DNA from: Podarcis bocagei
Lineage: Eukaryota
DNA: 64,000 nt
Reading direction: 5' to 3' (one strand)
NCBI GenBank assembly: GCA_964188305.1
Contig: OZ076886.1
Below are positions 1-13,900 of this stretch, one piece after another (position 1 is the first letter of the stretch; each line of letters begins with the position of its first letter). Made by a program: the position numbers and the translations under genes. The notes under the pieces were generated by a model. It ran no database searches. It was not told the DNA's origin and saw nothing but the letters and a program-made list of their open reading frames with translations.

Positions 1-857
1 GTGTGTAACATTTTAATAAATATTACTTATGAAGGCAAATTCACAGCTGTTAATTATTATCATGTTTCTCCCCACTAGATTTGTTAAGTTTTGTGCAAAT
101 GATCAAAGCAAAGCTATTTATAAATGTCTTCGTAATGTATATTTAAACATGCCTGTTTGAAATTTGCTATATTCCAAATTTGTGATATAGAAATCCCTGA
201 GAATGTTACATTTTAAGTCTACTTTCAGTCATTGTTATGCTCATCCTGTTGCATCTGAAGTCTTTGGTTCAGCAGGGACATCTCGATTCAGAATGAAATT
301 TGCTATTACCTGTAAAGCATGAACAATGTGTTTCTGGGTCAGTGCCATACACAGAACCATTCTCTAGAGCAGATATCTGCAGGGAAGCTTCTTGGCAAGC
401 AGTGAACTCATAATCAGAATGCAGGACTACAGAGATTCTGGCCAAAGCAGCAGAACTCCCTTTTCTAAAAATAACAAACACATCTGACTACAAGAGCCAA
501 GTACCTGGTATGCAGTGGGAATAACAGACAGAATAGGAGACACAGTTCACTTCTTTTGTTGAAGTGGTGGCTTTTACTGCCAAAGATTAAGATTAGTACT
601 TCCTAGACCTACTTCTATGCATGTGGCTTCTAAGGGCAGCTGATAAACGGCAAAACATAGGAAGGCCTACCCCAATATTTTCCACATTTGCCTACCTAAA
701 CAGTAGGATTGATATATCTGTCTCAGACAAAAGATGCATGTACAACATGCAAATGACCTTTGTTATCATGTGAAGATGAATAGGCTGTGATAACCAGCAT
801 AAAGGAATCTGATGAGGAATGCAAAGCAATTGAAACAACAATCTAGAAGGTCAAAAG

Positions 858-1107
858 CAGGGGTCAGCAACCTTTTTCAGCTGTGGGCCGGTCCACTGTC
901 CCTCAGACCATGTGGTGGACCGGACTATCTTTTGAAAAAAATTATGAACAAATTTCCTTGCCATACAAATAACCCAGAGATGCATTTTAAATAAAAGGAC
1001 ACATTCTACTCATGTAAAAACATGTTGATTACTGGACCGTCTGTGGGCTGGAATTAGAAGGTGATTGGGCTGGATCTGGCCCCCAGGCCTTAGTCTGCCT
1101 ACCCCTG
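858..1107. mobile_element. Non-autonomous hAT-type DNA transposon (MITE), 250 bp
   Basis: Ends CAGGGGTCAGCA...TGCCTACCCCTG; perfect 8-bp TSD GTCAAAAG at 850-857 and 1108-1115. Confidence 0.9.
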
Positions 1108-1784
1108 GTCAAAAGTATGAAGAAAGAAATCTGGGCATGTATAATTCTTCCATGATTTTTTCAGAAAATTTTCAGATTAGAAAAAACAACAACCAATCCT
1201 TGCAAGACACTTTGAGAAACTAAGGGCACTATGATTAATTTTGCACCTCTTTCTTTGGCCAAATTGATTTTGACAAAACTAGCTTGATTAATGAGTCCTT
1301 AGGGCTGCTTCTGATATGGATAGCCAAGTACAAACTCTGCATGTTGGTACTGCATGAGACACAGAGATATAAGTGCACACATTTATAATTTTTGACTTCT
1401 TTCACATACAGGGTACCTAACCATATTTTATTGCACTTGTCCAATTCTATGAGATTACACCACATAAAAAATAGTCCCATAATCATATCATGTGGAATAA
1501 ATTCCAGTATAGCTAGAATACATGAAACATATAAATAACACCACATATAACATATAAATAACACCACTGAGCCGTCCCATTTTGGTGCAGTATCCTAAAA
1601 TGAAAATAAGGGGAAGTTATCATTCCACCCCACCCATCTACTACAAACTTTTCAATGTTACAAACAGGGATGAATGCAGGTTGGCTGACTTCCTATGTGA
1701 GGGACAATATATATTACATCTGAAGCTATGAAATTTGATCTCTTATATAAAATTGTGTTGTTTAAGAAATATAGCTATTCTCTC

Positions 1785-1818
1785 TATTATTATTATTATT
1801 ATTATTATTTATTATTAT
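1785..1818. repeat. (ATT)n microsatellite
   Basis: Direct reading; one interruption. Confidence 0.95.
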
Positions 1819-3574
1819 ACTTGTGTTAACCAATCAGCAATAAGCACATATGTGGCAAATGCTGTAACAAAGGACTCTCCGAGACTTGCTCGAGAGATGC
1901 CTCCCAGATGACACCTGCTACTCGTCTGTCGCTTATTTCAACCCAACACTAGCTCACATTCAAAACAATTATTCCAATTAAAATTGCCAGCTCTGAAGAA
2001 ATATTTATTTCAAATACTACCCATGTTTCTATAAAATTAAGGCTTTCTCAGAATCATCTATTTTAAGTACTCCTCTATCCTCTATCATTTTTGTTTGGGG
2101 GTTTTGAAATACAAGTAACAAACCAAAGATGGACCAATTTACAGGTCCATGGTTCACAAATGTCTGCAGTAGTTTTAAAAGAAACAACAGAAAAACAAAT
2201 AAAAGAAAACACAGGAAAAACAAAGTGATGAAAAACCAAGCCAAATGGGCTTCTATCTAGTATTTGAAATGGTACATATACAGAAAAGAATGACTGTGAG
2301 GCTGTTTCTTTCTCCCTAGGGAGGAGCTGTCATTTCCATCACTGGAAATGGTACTTTAAGCAACTGTCATGTCTGTAGGGTTCCCCCCCCTTCTTTTTTT
2401 TAACATACTGTACTTTAGGACACAAACAAGTATAGAAAAGCTAAAGCTGTTATTCTGAGCGCTCAAAATAAAAATGCATTATTTTGTTAACATTTTGTCT
2501 TTCATTTTATTTTTCTAATTCAAATGTTCTGTCCCAAATCATCACACTTTATAATTGAAACTTCAACAAAAATATAACAATTATTTATTTCCTAATTTCA
2601 CTCAGTTTGCTTGCATTAAAAAAGATAAATTAGCACTGTTGTAAAACAAATTGCACCCTAATGCAACCTTGTTAGGTTCAGTCTATAAAGTACCCTTTAA
2701 ACGTATGTGGCTGTCAGCAACAATGACTCATGAATATGCAGATCTTTCACTTTTAATAAATTTTCCTTGGAGATCTCATAATGTAAAATTAACTTTTTCG
2801 GATAAACTTCTTCGGAAAGGTACTGTTTCATTCAATCCTAGAGAGAAAGCAACTTTTTGCTGTTCTGCTTTGAAAAACCTTATTATGATTTGGCTAGCAG
2901 GTAAAAAAAAAGATAAAATATGCTGGAATTAGCAACAGAAACAATTTTTCAAAACCATAAAAAACTAGTCAAATACAAAACAATGGTAGACAAAATCTCA
3001 AACACGTAACACAGACATTCATTGATCCTTCACAATGTAAGTGTTGAACAAGTTTTTTATGCTTTATTTAAAAAATCTTATCTAATTTTTGCAAACATCA
3101 ACCAGCTCAATAATACAAGTTCTTTGAACAATATTAACAGAAAGATATAAACACTTTGAAAGTATCTGGGATGCTTGAAGTTGTGTATACTCTCTTCAAT
3201 ATTTGAGGAGACTGCCCCCTCGTCCCCGGTTGATGGGCACTGCCATTCAAATGGTGTGTGCGTGCCACATCATATGATCAATTATGTGGGTGGAGTTTAC
3301 CTCCCCTGCCCCCCCCCCCCAATATTTTATTCAAGTTGGCAACCCTGGTCCAATCATATGCATAATATTCCCACCTGCCCAAATTCAAGGGCTGCATGCT
3401 GTCAGTGGCCAGGGCTGAAGCCAGAAGGGGGAAGGGCAAGAGTGAAAAGTGACAAAAGTCACCTCCTTTTCTTTCTGCCACCCTTTTCTCTTTCCTCTAC
3501 ATCCCTTGCTTCTCCCTATCCAGAAAACTACTGGAGGATCAGATCACTCTTGCTAGAGGTCTGAACTCCTTTTC

Positions 3575-3632
3575 TCCTTCCTTCCTTCCTTCCTTCCTTC
3601 CTTCCTTCCTTCCTTCCTTCCTTCCTTCCTTC
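3575..3632. repeat. (TTCC)n microsatellite
   Basis: About 14 perfect units; explains the EGRK repeat in ORF 3528-3746. Confidence 0.97.
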
Positions 3633-4609
3633 AACAAAGGAAAATAAAATGTAGGCTTTACTCCTGTGAATAGAACTCTTCTTACAGGACACCTCTGCCT
3701 GAGACAATTTTAATCCCCCACCCACCCCGTACTTCCCTTGCCACAAACTGCTCCAGTTGTAAACCTCCTAGAACCATGGGTGGAAGAAGAGAGAAACAGC
3801 AAAAAGCACCATATATCCCACCTCTTTCTTCCAGCAGGTGTCTCCTCTGACTCTCATTCCCTTCAGAGATTGAAAGAAGTCCTGTTTACAGAAGCAGAAG
3901 TCTGGATCTAGCCCATTAAAACATTTAATGCTTAAATAACAATGCAAAAATGGTTATATACTGACCAACAAATACAGTGTTTGTGGATATACAGAGGGGG
4001 GAAAGCAACCTAGGTGGGAATGTTCACTCTAAATACAATCCAATTTAGCACAATATTTTACTTTTTACTTCTCCCTGCACTTTTAATGCCACATAAGCAC
4101 AAATAAGCTAAATAATGCTTATGGAAATTTGTGTCAATGATATCTGCAGTTCAGAAAAAAAGAAAGAATTGTGGTTGTATTTTGCAGTACACAATAGAAT
4201 TGCCTTTTAATAGTAGATTTAGTTCATCTAATCCATTCTTAATCTAATTAATACAGTGTAAAGCATGATGGTAACACTTCTAAAAATAGATGGCATCTTA
4301 TGAAAAGCAAGCAAGTGATCAGTGCACAAAAGTAATGACAACCTTTTAAAAAATAATAATTAAGGTTGTGTTTTGATTGGACATTTAGGATTTTTTAAAT
4401 TTCTGTTATTTTTTGATGTGCAGCGATTAACACCTGAAAGCAAGTAAGATATTCTAAAACATTTCAGAGCTATTAAATCTGTTTGAAAAATAAATTAAAA
4501 TTATTTTTCATTTTTCCAAACTACTTCACTAAGCAGAAATATAATATGCTAAATATTATTTTGTTAATGACACCTTCTCTTGCAAAAAGAAACCCTCAAA
4601 CCCTCAGTG

Positions 4610-5122
4610 AGTTAGGGAGTTCCCATGCATGCAAAACGGGCTCTGGAGGATTGAGTGAATGAGACCAATAGTAGTCCCAAAGTCAAGAAGGTAGTTTCTA
4701 CATGTACTGTGGAGGGAAATAAGAAACAATGGGGCTCATCAACCTGGGAAGGTAGCCGATCTAGAAGAAGGAAAACTCTGATCCTAAACTCCACTGTCTT
4801 GTGAGATATCTTTGGACTAAGGAGCAAATTCTACAGAAATCCCAAGTGGAGTTCCTAAGACAGTTAGATTGTGCCTCGTACATCTCCTTCTGGCAATTCC
4901 TGCAGCCAAGCTGGTGCCAAATGTATTGCTCTGCTTTCCTCTGTACCACAACAGTGAAGCCAAGAGGTGGGTCTTGTCATCTGGTCAGCCCAGGACCTGC
5001 ATACGCACTACGTCAGCTGGTGCCCTGGGGAGGTCACTTTGGTGCTGCTAATGTAGTGGTTGACTTCACCCCTGGAGGTAAACTCCATTATTTCTTAAGA
5101 CAGATGCCAACACACAACACAC
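4610..5122 (+). mobile_element. Interspersed non-autonomous retroelement, probably RTE-related
   Basis: GC-richer ~0.5 kb block in an AT-rich context, ending ...AGACAGATGCCAACACACAACAC (CAA/CA-type tail). It resembles a recurrent squamate repeat with RTE 5'UTR-like sequence. Family is from recall and no TSD was found. Confidence 0.5.
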
Positions 5123-8100
5123 ATTACAATTCTGAAAAATCAAGCTTTTAGCTTCCCTCTACTTCAAGGGATGAGGCATGCATTTGTAAATTTGATATGC
5201 GAAACGCTAAAGAATTGGAAAGTAGGAAGCAGGTAAAAGGAAGGCTAAACTCATTAAGGCCTTCATTTCTGAATATTTCTAAGTCCAGATGTCAACAGCT
5301 GACTCAAGCTTTTCACATCTGTGGGTTAACAATTTCGGGAAAAGAATACAGACACTTTTTCCCAGTAAACAAGTGTTTGAAATATTCCACATTCATTATA
5401 ATGATGTGTGAAACAGCCTCATGGTGATAAACCCCTTTCTACTAGTGACAAAGCTGTCCTCCTTTCCTCACCTAAAGGTTTATTTTGCCTATGATGCCAG
5501 AAAATTAAGTGTGAGGCACATTGTCAGGGTCCGCACAAGAGATTTCAAGGTCTTAAGTTAGCATACTCTATGAAGAAAACCTACATTATTATATCTACAT
5601 TACTTTGTAGCAGATGTAAAATTTGTTTGTTTTATATGAAGACAACGCGAGGGTGGGGGTAGAGCAGATCAGTAAAAATAATACAGCAGATAAACAAACA
5701 AAAATTTGAAAACATATAGTTAGAAACATTTTCATTCTTCATCATTTCAGCTGAATTGATCGTTCTATTGGGCCACCCAGAAGTTTGCTTGATGAACCTA
5801 GGGCAAAACCACCAAGGGAGACATCCTACTGTCAGAAAGTAATGAAGCGTGCCCCTGCCCTTTGCTTTCAAAATCAATTAAAGGTACTTACAGTCTCAGG
5901 TTTAATAAAAGATAATTATTTCACAAACTGAAATTTCACAGGTCATGTAGAAAAGAAACGTCAGTGTGTAACAATTCCTCATATGTTTAATACTAAGAAG
6001 AAACATGTATCAACTATGTCCTACTCTTCACTCCTCATTGCACAAATCAATTGTACACTGAAGACTCATTTTAACAGGCTGTAGAGAAAACGTGGCTTTG
6101 TTAAAAACCATGCTGGGTTTCCTCCATAGCTTCATATCTACACCAGCCCAAAAGGTAACCTAATACTTGAATGCGTGCTGCGCTTCATTATAAATCCCCT
6201 GCCCTGGGGGCAAAAAAATAAAGAATCAAAAGCGTCCCAATTCCCAGTAGAACATAAAGAGTATGACGACTTCAGCATAGCATGATAGTGTAGCATTCAT
6301 TGCAGGCAGTGTGTAGGCCATACTTTTGTTTGAAGTAACTGTAAAGTTTACCATTCAAACAGGACAGGCATATTTATGAAATTATTAGATGGGTGAAAAG
6401 GCATGCACCTTATGCTAACACAATCATCTCCACTATTAGTCTGCAATGTGTGGACAAGACAGGAATCAAGGTGTGTGTGGCTGCTTTGGCTCAAATGATT
6501 TGTCTTTACTTCATGGATACAGAAATATCTGAAGGCGGGGGCACACAGAAGATAGCTTAAAAGGAAAGGAATTATCTATCACATTTTATAAAATGTGGAA
6601 CTGATTTCTGTTGTCTCGCTATCAGAGAGAAATCTGTTTTTAAGCAGAGTGGATGGCATACAGAGTTTTCTTCCACTAGCCTTCCCTTTGATAACTTTCA
6701 AGATGATTTGTCGCACTCCTTGTAAGAATTATTGGGAACGCCACACTTTCTTTCAGAATGCACATCATTTCCCCTCCATTGCTTAAACTTTAAACTACCA
6801 CAAAATTCTTGATGGTTCACCTTCCTCAACTCCCACTTCATTAGTTGTCTTGCTAACATTTTCTGCTGTATGTCCAAACTCAATTACAGCTATATCTATT
6901 CAATATATCTATTGAAAAGCTCTTATTGAGAAACTGGTTTCATTCCAAAAATAAAAGCTCAGTGCAGTTAAATTCTGCATTACCCCATAGTGTGTCCATT
7001 TGAAAACAGATGTAAGAGGTCCAATGTGATTGGCCAGGTGTGTAGACTATGCAGAAAAAACAAGTAACTAGTCTCCATTAATTCTAGAATAAAATGTAAT
7101 GTGTGCACAGCCTCCCCTCTCTCTGTGTATTTATATCTATTAAAAAATAAAAATGCCCATGTGCTTAGTAGTAATGAAGATACTCAGCTCTAAGGCTGAG
7201 CTTTCACTGTGTTCATTGTGAGAGTGTGCAGTTGTCGTCAAACTGTGATCTGGGTGAGAGGGTAAACAACTATTTTGTTGTATATTATCTAAACACATTT
7301 TATTGTTATTATCATCATCTTCATAATCTAAATATCACAATCACCTAAACCTAAGCTTGTAGTTCAGGATTCACCAACATGGCCTGCATGGACAAGTAGT
7401 GCCCAGAGCCTTCCTTGGCACCCAGATTCCCCTCCTACCACCAGTCTGCTTTGCCAAAAGAACAGATTGCAGTGTGTACTTGGTTGCAGTGCCTGTGAAA
7501 GTTTTTCCAGCTTGCAAATGTGGCCATGGGCCAAAAACGGATGGAGATCCCTGCTTTGTGAGTTACAATACAAACTGATTATAAATGTCAATTAAATACA
7601 CAAGCCAACCACAGTAACCAAAGGATTCCAAGCACACAAGCTAATTGTATGTCCCCTCTGTCTAGACCTTAATATTTAATTTCAAAGTTTTAAGGATTAT
7701 TAATTTATTGAAAATTTCTCTGGGTCATATTTTTCAATGAATTTTAAGTGTGTATAATTTCTCTAGATTGTGCCCTATGTTTTTCATGAAGCAAATGATT
7801 ATGTCATAGCCTTTACAATTAATAGTGAAGCTGTCAGAGTGATCTGTGACATTCTAGGAAATTTTGGCCTCCCACTTACCAAGCTACTTCACATTTACAT
7901 TAAAGTGACTGTCTGTTAGCATTTGCTTGCCAGAATGTGCTTTAATCTGTCACCTTCTTCAGCACGTGTGATGTTCCAGCAGCCTGACAATATTTCCATC
8001 TTAATAATCTAGAGTGCTATTTTTCTGATGCAACATATAACACATATCTGATATGTGATATAGCATAAAAGTGAAGGATATAAACTTGTTTTCAGACTTT

Positions 8101-10084
8101 GAGTAAATAAAGTCCTCAACAGTTCCTTTTTGCTTATTTGTTTATGGAATATGATCTAGCAAATTAGGCCTACAGTTTTCATTACAAATACAATGTAAAT
8201 GAAAATGAAAATTCATATTTTGGTCTCAATAATCTACCCCTGCATATATACTTGACATTATGTTTATCTTCCTCCTTTCTGTATACATATGGAGAACTGA
8301 AAACAGCTCCAAAAGGCTTGAATCAGTTGAAACAATGAAGATTAAGATCTCTTTGATTGCAATGAGCACACTGCAAAGTACTGTATTTCTTGTATCAGTA
8401 AAGACAACATGTTAGTTAGACAATAAACTTCAGAGTTGAAATTTTCATTCACAGAGTGAGGGCATGTGGTTCTTCTCCATTTTAAAGAGGAATCCCTCCT
8501 TTGGGGCATGGGAAAGTGGAACAAACAGTTTCAGGAAACACTAGCCAAGCCATAAAAGGTATGCTTTGATATTTTTTTTGCAAATTTGCTGGCTCCTGCA
8601 AGTCACAAAGCAACAAGCCTTAGTCCATTAGTATGACAGGTAGTGTTCTTACTAACAACTGCTTTTTACTCCCCCTGACAAATGTGCTCTGTGCCATGGT
8701 TGACGTTTGTGTAGTAATCAGGACTGATGGATAGGGACGCCAATGCTGCCGAAAGTGCCCCCCGATTTAATGTGAGCGATTTGTCAAATGTGTTGCGATT
8801 GCATTGCTGTCAGGCACAGCCAGGAAAGCACTTTGTCATATTTCCACCAAGCAAGGTCACTTTGGCAGGGGATAGAAGGTCCCACCAATGAAATTTTCAT
8901 GTTTATTGGTGATGTGCATGGCCTACTTTCAAAACTTGTTTATTTTCTATTAAATAGCCATTTCAAGTCTCCTCTGAGAAGCTTCTTTTGTTAGAAACAT
9001 CCGTAAGAAGTTTTTTTGGGGGGGGTTTTAGATAAAAGGCCATTGGAATAAATATACATTTGGAACATTCAAATGTAAGGAAGTGCACATTACCATTTCC
9101 ACTGAAAGAAGGTGGTTTACATGAGATGTAAGAACTCTACTTATAACCTGATTCTTTAAAAAGTGTTGGGAACACTCAAAATGTTATGAATCCTAAACAT
9201 ATGGGATAAGTGAGAAGAAAAAATACATCAGTCAAGGCATTGGATACAAATGGCCAATAATTATTCTATATTTTAAACAGGGAATAGAAGAGTCATAACA
9301 TTCAACAAATGCACTCTATCAAATTCCACCATTTCAATTAACAGTTAATGTTATAAAGCTATACTTCGGGCAAATTAGCAAAATGTGAAAAAAATATTTT
9401 AGTTCCTAGAAAGCTCCAGGAGGTATTACCACTGGAAAACTGAACAATATTTTCAACTGGCTGGTAGCCTTTTCTGACAACATCCCAGGACAGCTCTAGT
9501 TTTGAGTAATTATGCACTGCTATCAATGAAAATAGGATAACTATATGTACATCCAATTGACAGGATCATAGTGAAGGTCAATAACTTGTTTTCATCTGCA
9601 GCACCTGATCCAGCAAGGGATACATGCATGGAAGACTGCTTTTGCATCCTTCTGTTGCTATCCTTATACAGACTGGGATATTACTCTGCATTACATATAC
9701 TGTATTATCAAGGGCTGGTCCTGCGTCTACTGAAGCAGCATCACTTACTGAGGGAAGGAGAATCAAGCCATTAATGACCCAAAGCAAAGGTGTAGGGCTA
9801 TACTTAAACTAAAGCCTCTAATTTTGTCAAAGTACTTTAAGGATTCCGTTCATTTGTCATGTGCCATACTTTCTCCATTTCATCCTCCTTACCAGAGGCT
9901 ATGGTATGGAAGAAGCAATAACATTTCAGTGCACGTACCGTAATTGCTGCACTTACAGAGTTGGGAACTTGAAAACTTGTTATGTGAGCTACCATGTCAT
10001 TATGCACAATTATTTTACATGAGACTTCCAAATGAGCCATTGTTAATGGGGACTTATAAGACAGACTCACCAATCTCGTTAGAA

Positions 10085-10205
10085 CAGGGATGGGGGTGTT
10101 GTCGAATGACAATTCCCATCATCCTTGATCCTTGGCCATGTTGCTTGGGGCTGATGGAAATTGTAGTCCAACAACCACTGAAGGGTCGCAGGTGCCCCAT
10201 TTCGG
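10085..10205. mobile_element. Short hAT-type MITE (common squamate palindromic family)
   Basis: Starts CAGGGATGGGG; internal palindrome ACAATTCCCATCA...TGATGGAAATTGT; 8-bp TSD CGTTAGAA (10077-10084) / CTTTAGAA (10206-10213), 7/8 match. Confidence 0.8.
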
Positions 10206-10592
10206 CTTTAGAATTCAGTAGCTAACAGCATGAGCAGGAAATCCTCAGTTCAAATCTTGAGTCAGAATTGAGATCAGTGGGTTGCCTTAGATAACTCCCC
10301 TTTAGTGGCATCCTTATTCTAAGAGTTATCAACATAATGCTTATGTGAACTGTTTTGAGTATTCAGGGGAAATCCTTATATAAATCCTAAATATTATTCA
10401 TCAACATGGAAGCTATAGGAATTAAACTTCTTAAAGACAATCACCTAGACATATTAAGCAATACAACAGCCACTTTCCTTGATATATGCTGAAGTAGGGC
10501 AGAGATATGTAGCCACAGCTTTGACTCCCCCTCGCCCCGCACTCTAGCACCTGGTAGACCAGGCAAGTTCCCATTTAAAACTAGTGTACTGA

Positions 10593-10985
10593 GGCCACAG
10601 TGGCCCATGCATTGGTAACCTCATGACTTTATTACTGTAATGTATTTTATGTGGGGCTGCCCTTGTATCTGGTCTGGAAGCTGCAACTATGCAGTATGCA
10701 GCAACCAGACTGCTCATGGGAGCAGGTTACTGGCAAATGTTACCCCTCTGCTGAGAGAGCCGTACTGATTGCAATTTGCTACCAGGTCAAGTTCGAGGTT
10801 ATTGTGTGAATTTTAGCCCGAAATAACTTGGGACCAAAGTATGTTAAGGAGCACCTAATTCTTTATGTTCTACCTTCATCACTGAGATCCTCTGATGTGG
10901 CACTTCTGGTTGTTCCAAAGCCGAGGAGGCCTTTGCTGGGGACCAAGCCTTTAGTGTGGTAGGCTCTACATTGTGGAACTTCCTG
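10593..10985 (+). mobile_element. Degenerate L2-clade LINE, ORF2 C-terminal fragment
   Basis: Frameshifted translation gives HALVTS..YCNVFYVGLPL..WKLQL..AATRLL..NNLGPKY..SLRS..AFSVVG..LWN, typical of the L2 ORF2 C-terminus. Confidence 0.8.
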
Positions 10986-13900
10986 GCAGAAGATGTTTAT
11001 AACATAAACACCCACAAAAAAGTACTCAAGGCAGTGAACAATGTAAGATTCAAACATTAAAAACACTACAATTTCAAAACTATAAGAAGTAATAAAATAT
11101 TAGAGTACATTTCTCTGCCCACTGAAGTATTCATTCAAAGAGGAAAAACTGGCCAACAGAAACAAAAAAATGTCAGACAAATACAGATCTATGCCCAATT
11201 GCAATAGGATTTGCATGTAAGAGTTGAAAAGGCTGAACTATCAGCATGGAATATATAGAATGCCTTTACTATTTACTGCAGTGAAGGATATTAAAGGCAA
11301 CCTAAGATACAATGCAATGAACAGTATTTGTCAGCAAATGTTATATACTCTCTTATTAATTGAGATAAATTGTAAGAATGTGGTTTTAAGAAATGTTATC
11401 ACCTTAAACTAAATCATAGACTGATTTATAATCTACCCACACACTGAGATCAAGGACATTGTTTCAACCCTGCTTATCAAATATTCAAGATTCATATCCC
11501 TGCTCTTATAGATTCCTTCTAAAGCTGCTCAGTTCACAGGAAATGATAAATTGAACTACTATGTACTTCAGAGATTCTCTGGCAAAATGCTTTATAGTAT
11601 TCACTAAATATTAGAAAGAACTTCCAAAATTGTTTAATGGTCTCAGACCTCATTGAATGAGTAGATTCCCTTTATCTGTATAGCATGATTTTTTAAAAAA
11701 ATTAGTAGCATCCATTCCTACAAAAAAGGAAACACTTTATTGAAAGACCTAAAATCAAGATCTTATTCCAAATCACACTGAAGAGTGTGCTGTGTGCTTC
11801 AGAAGTAAAGGGATATAGAACATAATTCAATACATATGAAAGTGCAAAACGGGGAAGGGGGAGAGATGAGTTAAATAATGTTGAATTAGTAATTGCACTG
11901 AGCACAGATTTGTCAGAATACATTAGATAGGAAAGGGTGTAATTGCCCACCCATGTACCTGTGGGAGTCAAGCAGTTACCTATTCCCACAAATACTAATA
12001 GCAGTTTTGCCGGTTAATTCCTTAGATGCCGTGGTGCAGCAGTCAAAGACAGGAAAACCAAATACTACAGCAAACATATTTTACTGATGCTGGCAGCTTC
12101 TTGGGCAGAAAATAGTTAACCCAAGACAGCAACGTGAAAGGTAGGAATTCCACAGGGAGCCTAAAGAAAGAGATGTTTTCATCTCATTATGTCTACCTTC
12201 GTAATTATAAAAAACTCATCAACCTCTAGATGAATACCACATATAATCATTTTTCCCTGCATATTTTCTGAAGCAGGAAGCCTAACAAGATATAAATGCT
12301 ACAAGACTAATTTAGGTTATTTGCAGTTCTCATATCAAGTAGAGCCAGAATGATATATATAAAAGAAACAGAAGAAAGCTAAAAATATGTTCTTAAATGA
12401 TTGGTTCATAACCAGATAAATAAGAGCTCTCTTCTGGAAGAACCAGTAAATATATTTAGATCCCACTTTTCCCCCTCAGAGAATAAGAGGGCTTCACTAT
12501 AGCCTAAAAAAAAAATCAATCCTGGAAGTATCCACTTCCAACTCAAATATCATCAAAGCTTAAAGAACACTGACTCCACATAAAGAAATATGTGCAGTTA
12601 CCCCATCTCTTATATAGTTATCAGAGGGTTTGAAATGGGGGAGCTGATAGATTCATTTCACATGCACAGCAGCTTATACCCACCCTTCTCTTTCACAGTC
12701 TAGTCTGTCATTCCATTTCTTCCTTCAGTGGACCATGCAATGAAGCTGCAAAAGTCAATGTTATCAGACTGTCCAATAGAATACCATCTTGACTTTTCCA
12801 TCATCATGTAATGTGATGCTGGACACTCTACCTCACTTAGCAAACTGTGGAATGAAGGTAATTCAAATGTCACAAGTTAATCCCAGCTTTATGTACACTT
12901 TGCTTACCCCAGTAGATGCAGAACAGGGGTAGTGGGGATCCAAGGAAATAAAAAATGAGCAATGACTGTCGTAGCAGATTATGTAATTTACTGAACCGTT
13001 CTTAAAAAAGACAAGTCAATAACATCCCCATTCCTGGTCCAATGTGGAAATGAATTATTTGTAGTCAGTCCACTAACTCACACACAAACAGAGTTGGCAT
13101 TTCTGGGTGTGCCTGGATATACACAAAGTCGTCAATTTCCCAAGATATGAAAACTTTGTTTTCAGAATACCTCTGTTGAGATACAAAACTTGATCAGTCA
13201 ATTCTGAATGTATGGAGGGGTGGAAGCAGGACTGATTAATGCATAAATTTCAGGGCTGCAGCTCCACTGCAATCTTAATTTACCCTTTTATGTGTACAGT
13301 ATGCCCTTTGGTTGCAACCAGAGTTACATTACCAATATTCACCATTTCTGCCATACCGTTTTTACATTGCACTGAAGAAACATATAAAGACAAATGGCAT
13401 ATACAGATGTTTGCCTGAACATGCAAAGAGCTAAACCATGTAAAGGGGCATGGATATGCTGGTCTGTCATGTGGGCTGCTGCCTGAAGATGTTCTTATGC
13501 ATATTCTGTTGGACTTACAAACCTCCCTGCAAACAGTAGTCCTGTCTAATAAGGATTCCCAATTATGGAGAAGCTTCTAAGTGTATTTGACAGTACATAC
13601 TTATAAAATCTCATCAGACATAGTACAAAGATCTCAAGAGGAGCCTGTGATGTGAGAGGTGTTGCGGATGGTCCCAATGTGGCACCCCTGTCCATTGTTT
13701 AGGGCACTGTGTGTTTAAGCTAATACCAGAACATCTAAAGATGTAAATGCAATGTTCCAGTTACTGATGATCCACTACATAATAGTTCTATAAACAGTGA
13801 TTTTTAAAATATCTCACCATTAATCGAAACTTGGGACAACAACATTGTAGCAAAATATATTGCCTCTTACAATGACTAAAAGCTCGCATGGATCTTGTAA

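Noticed and set aside
7872-8010. Extra minus-strand exon ending at TTG|GTAAGT (7880/7879)
   Set aside because: No good upstream acceptor and no teneurin-like reading frame.
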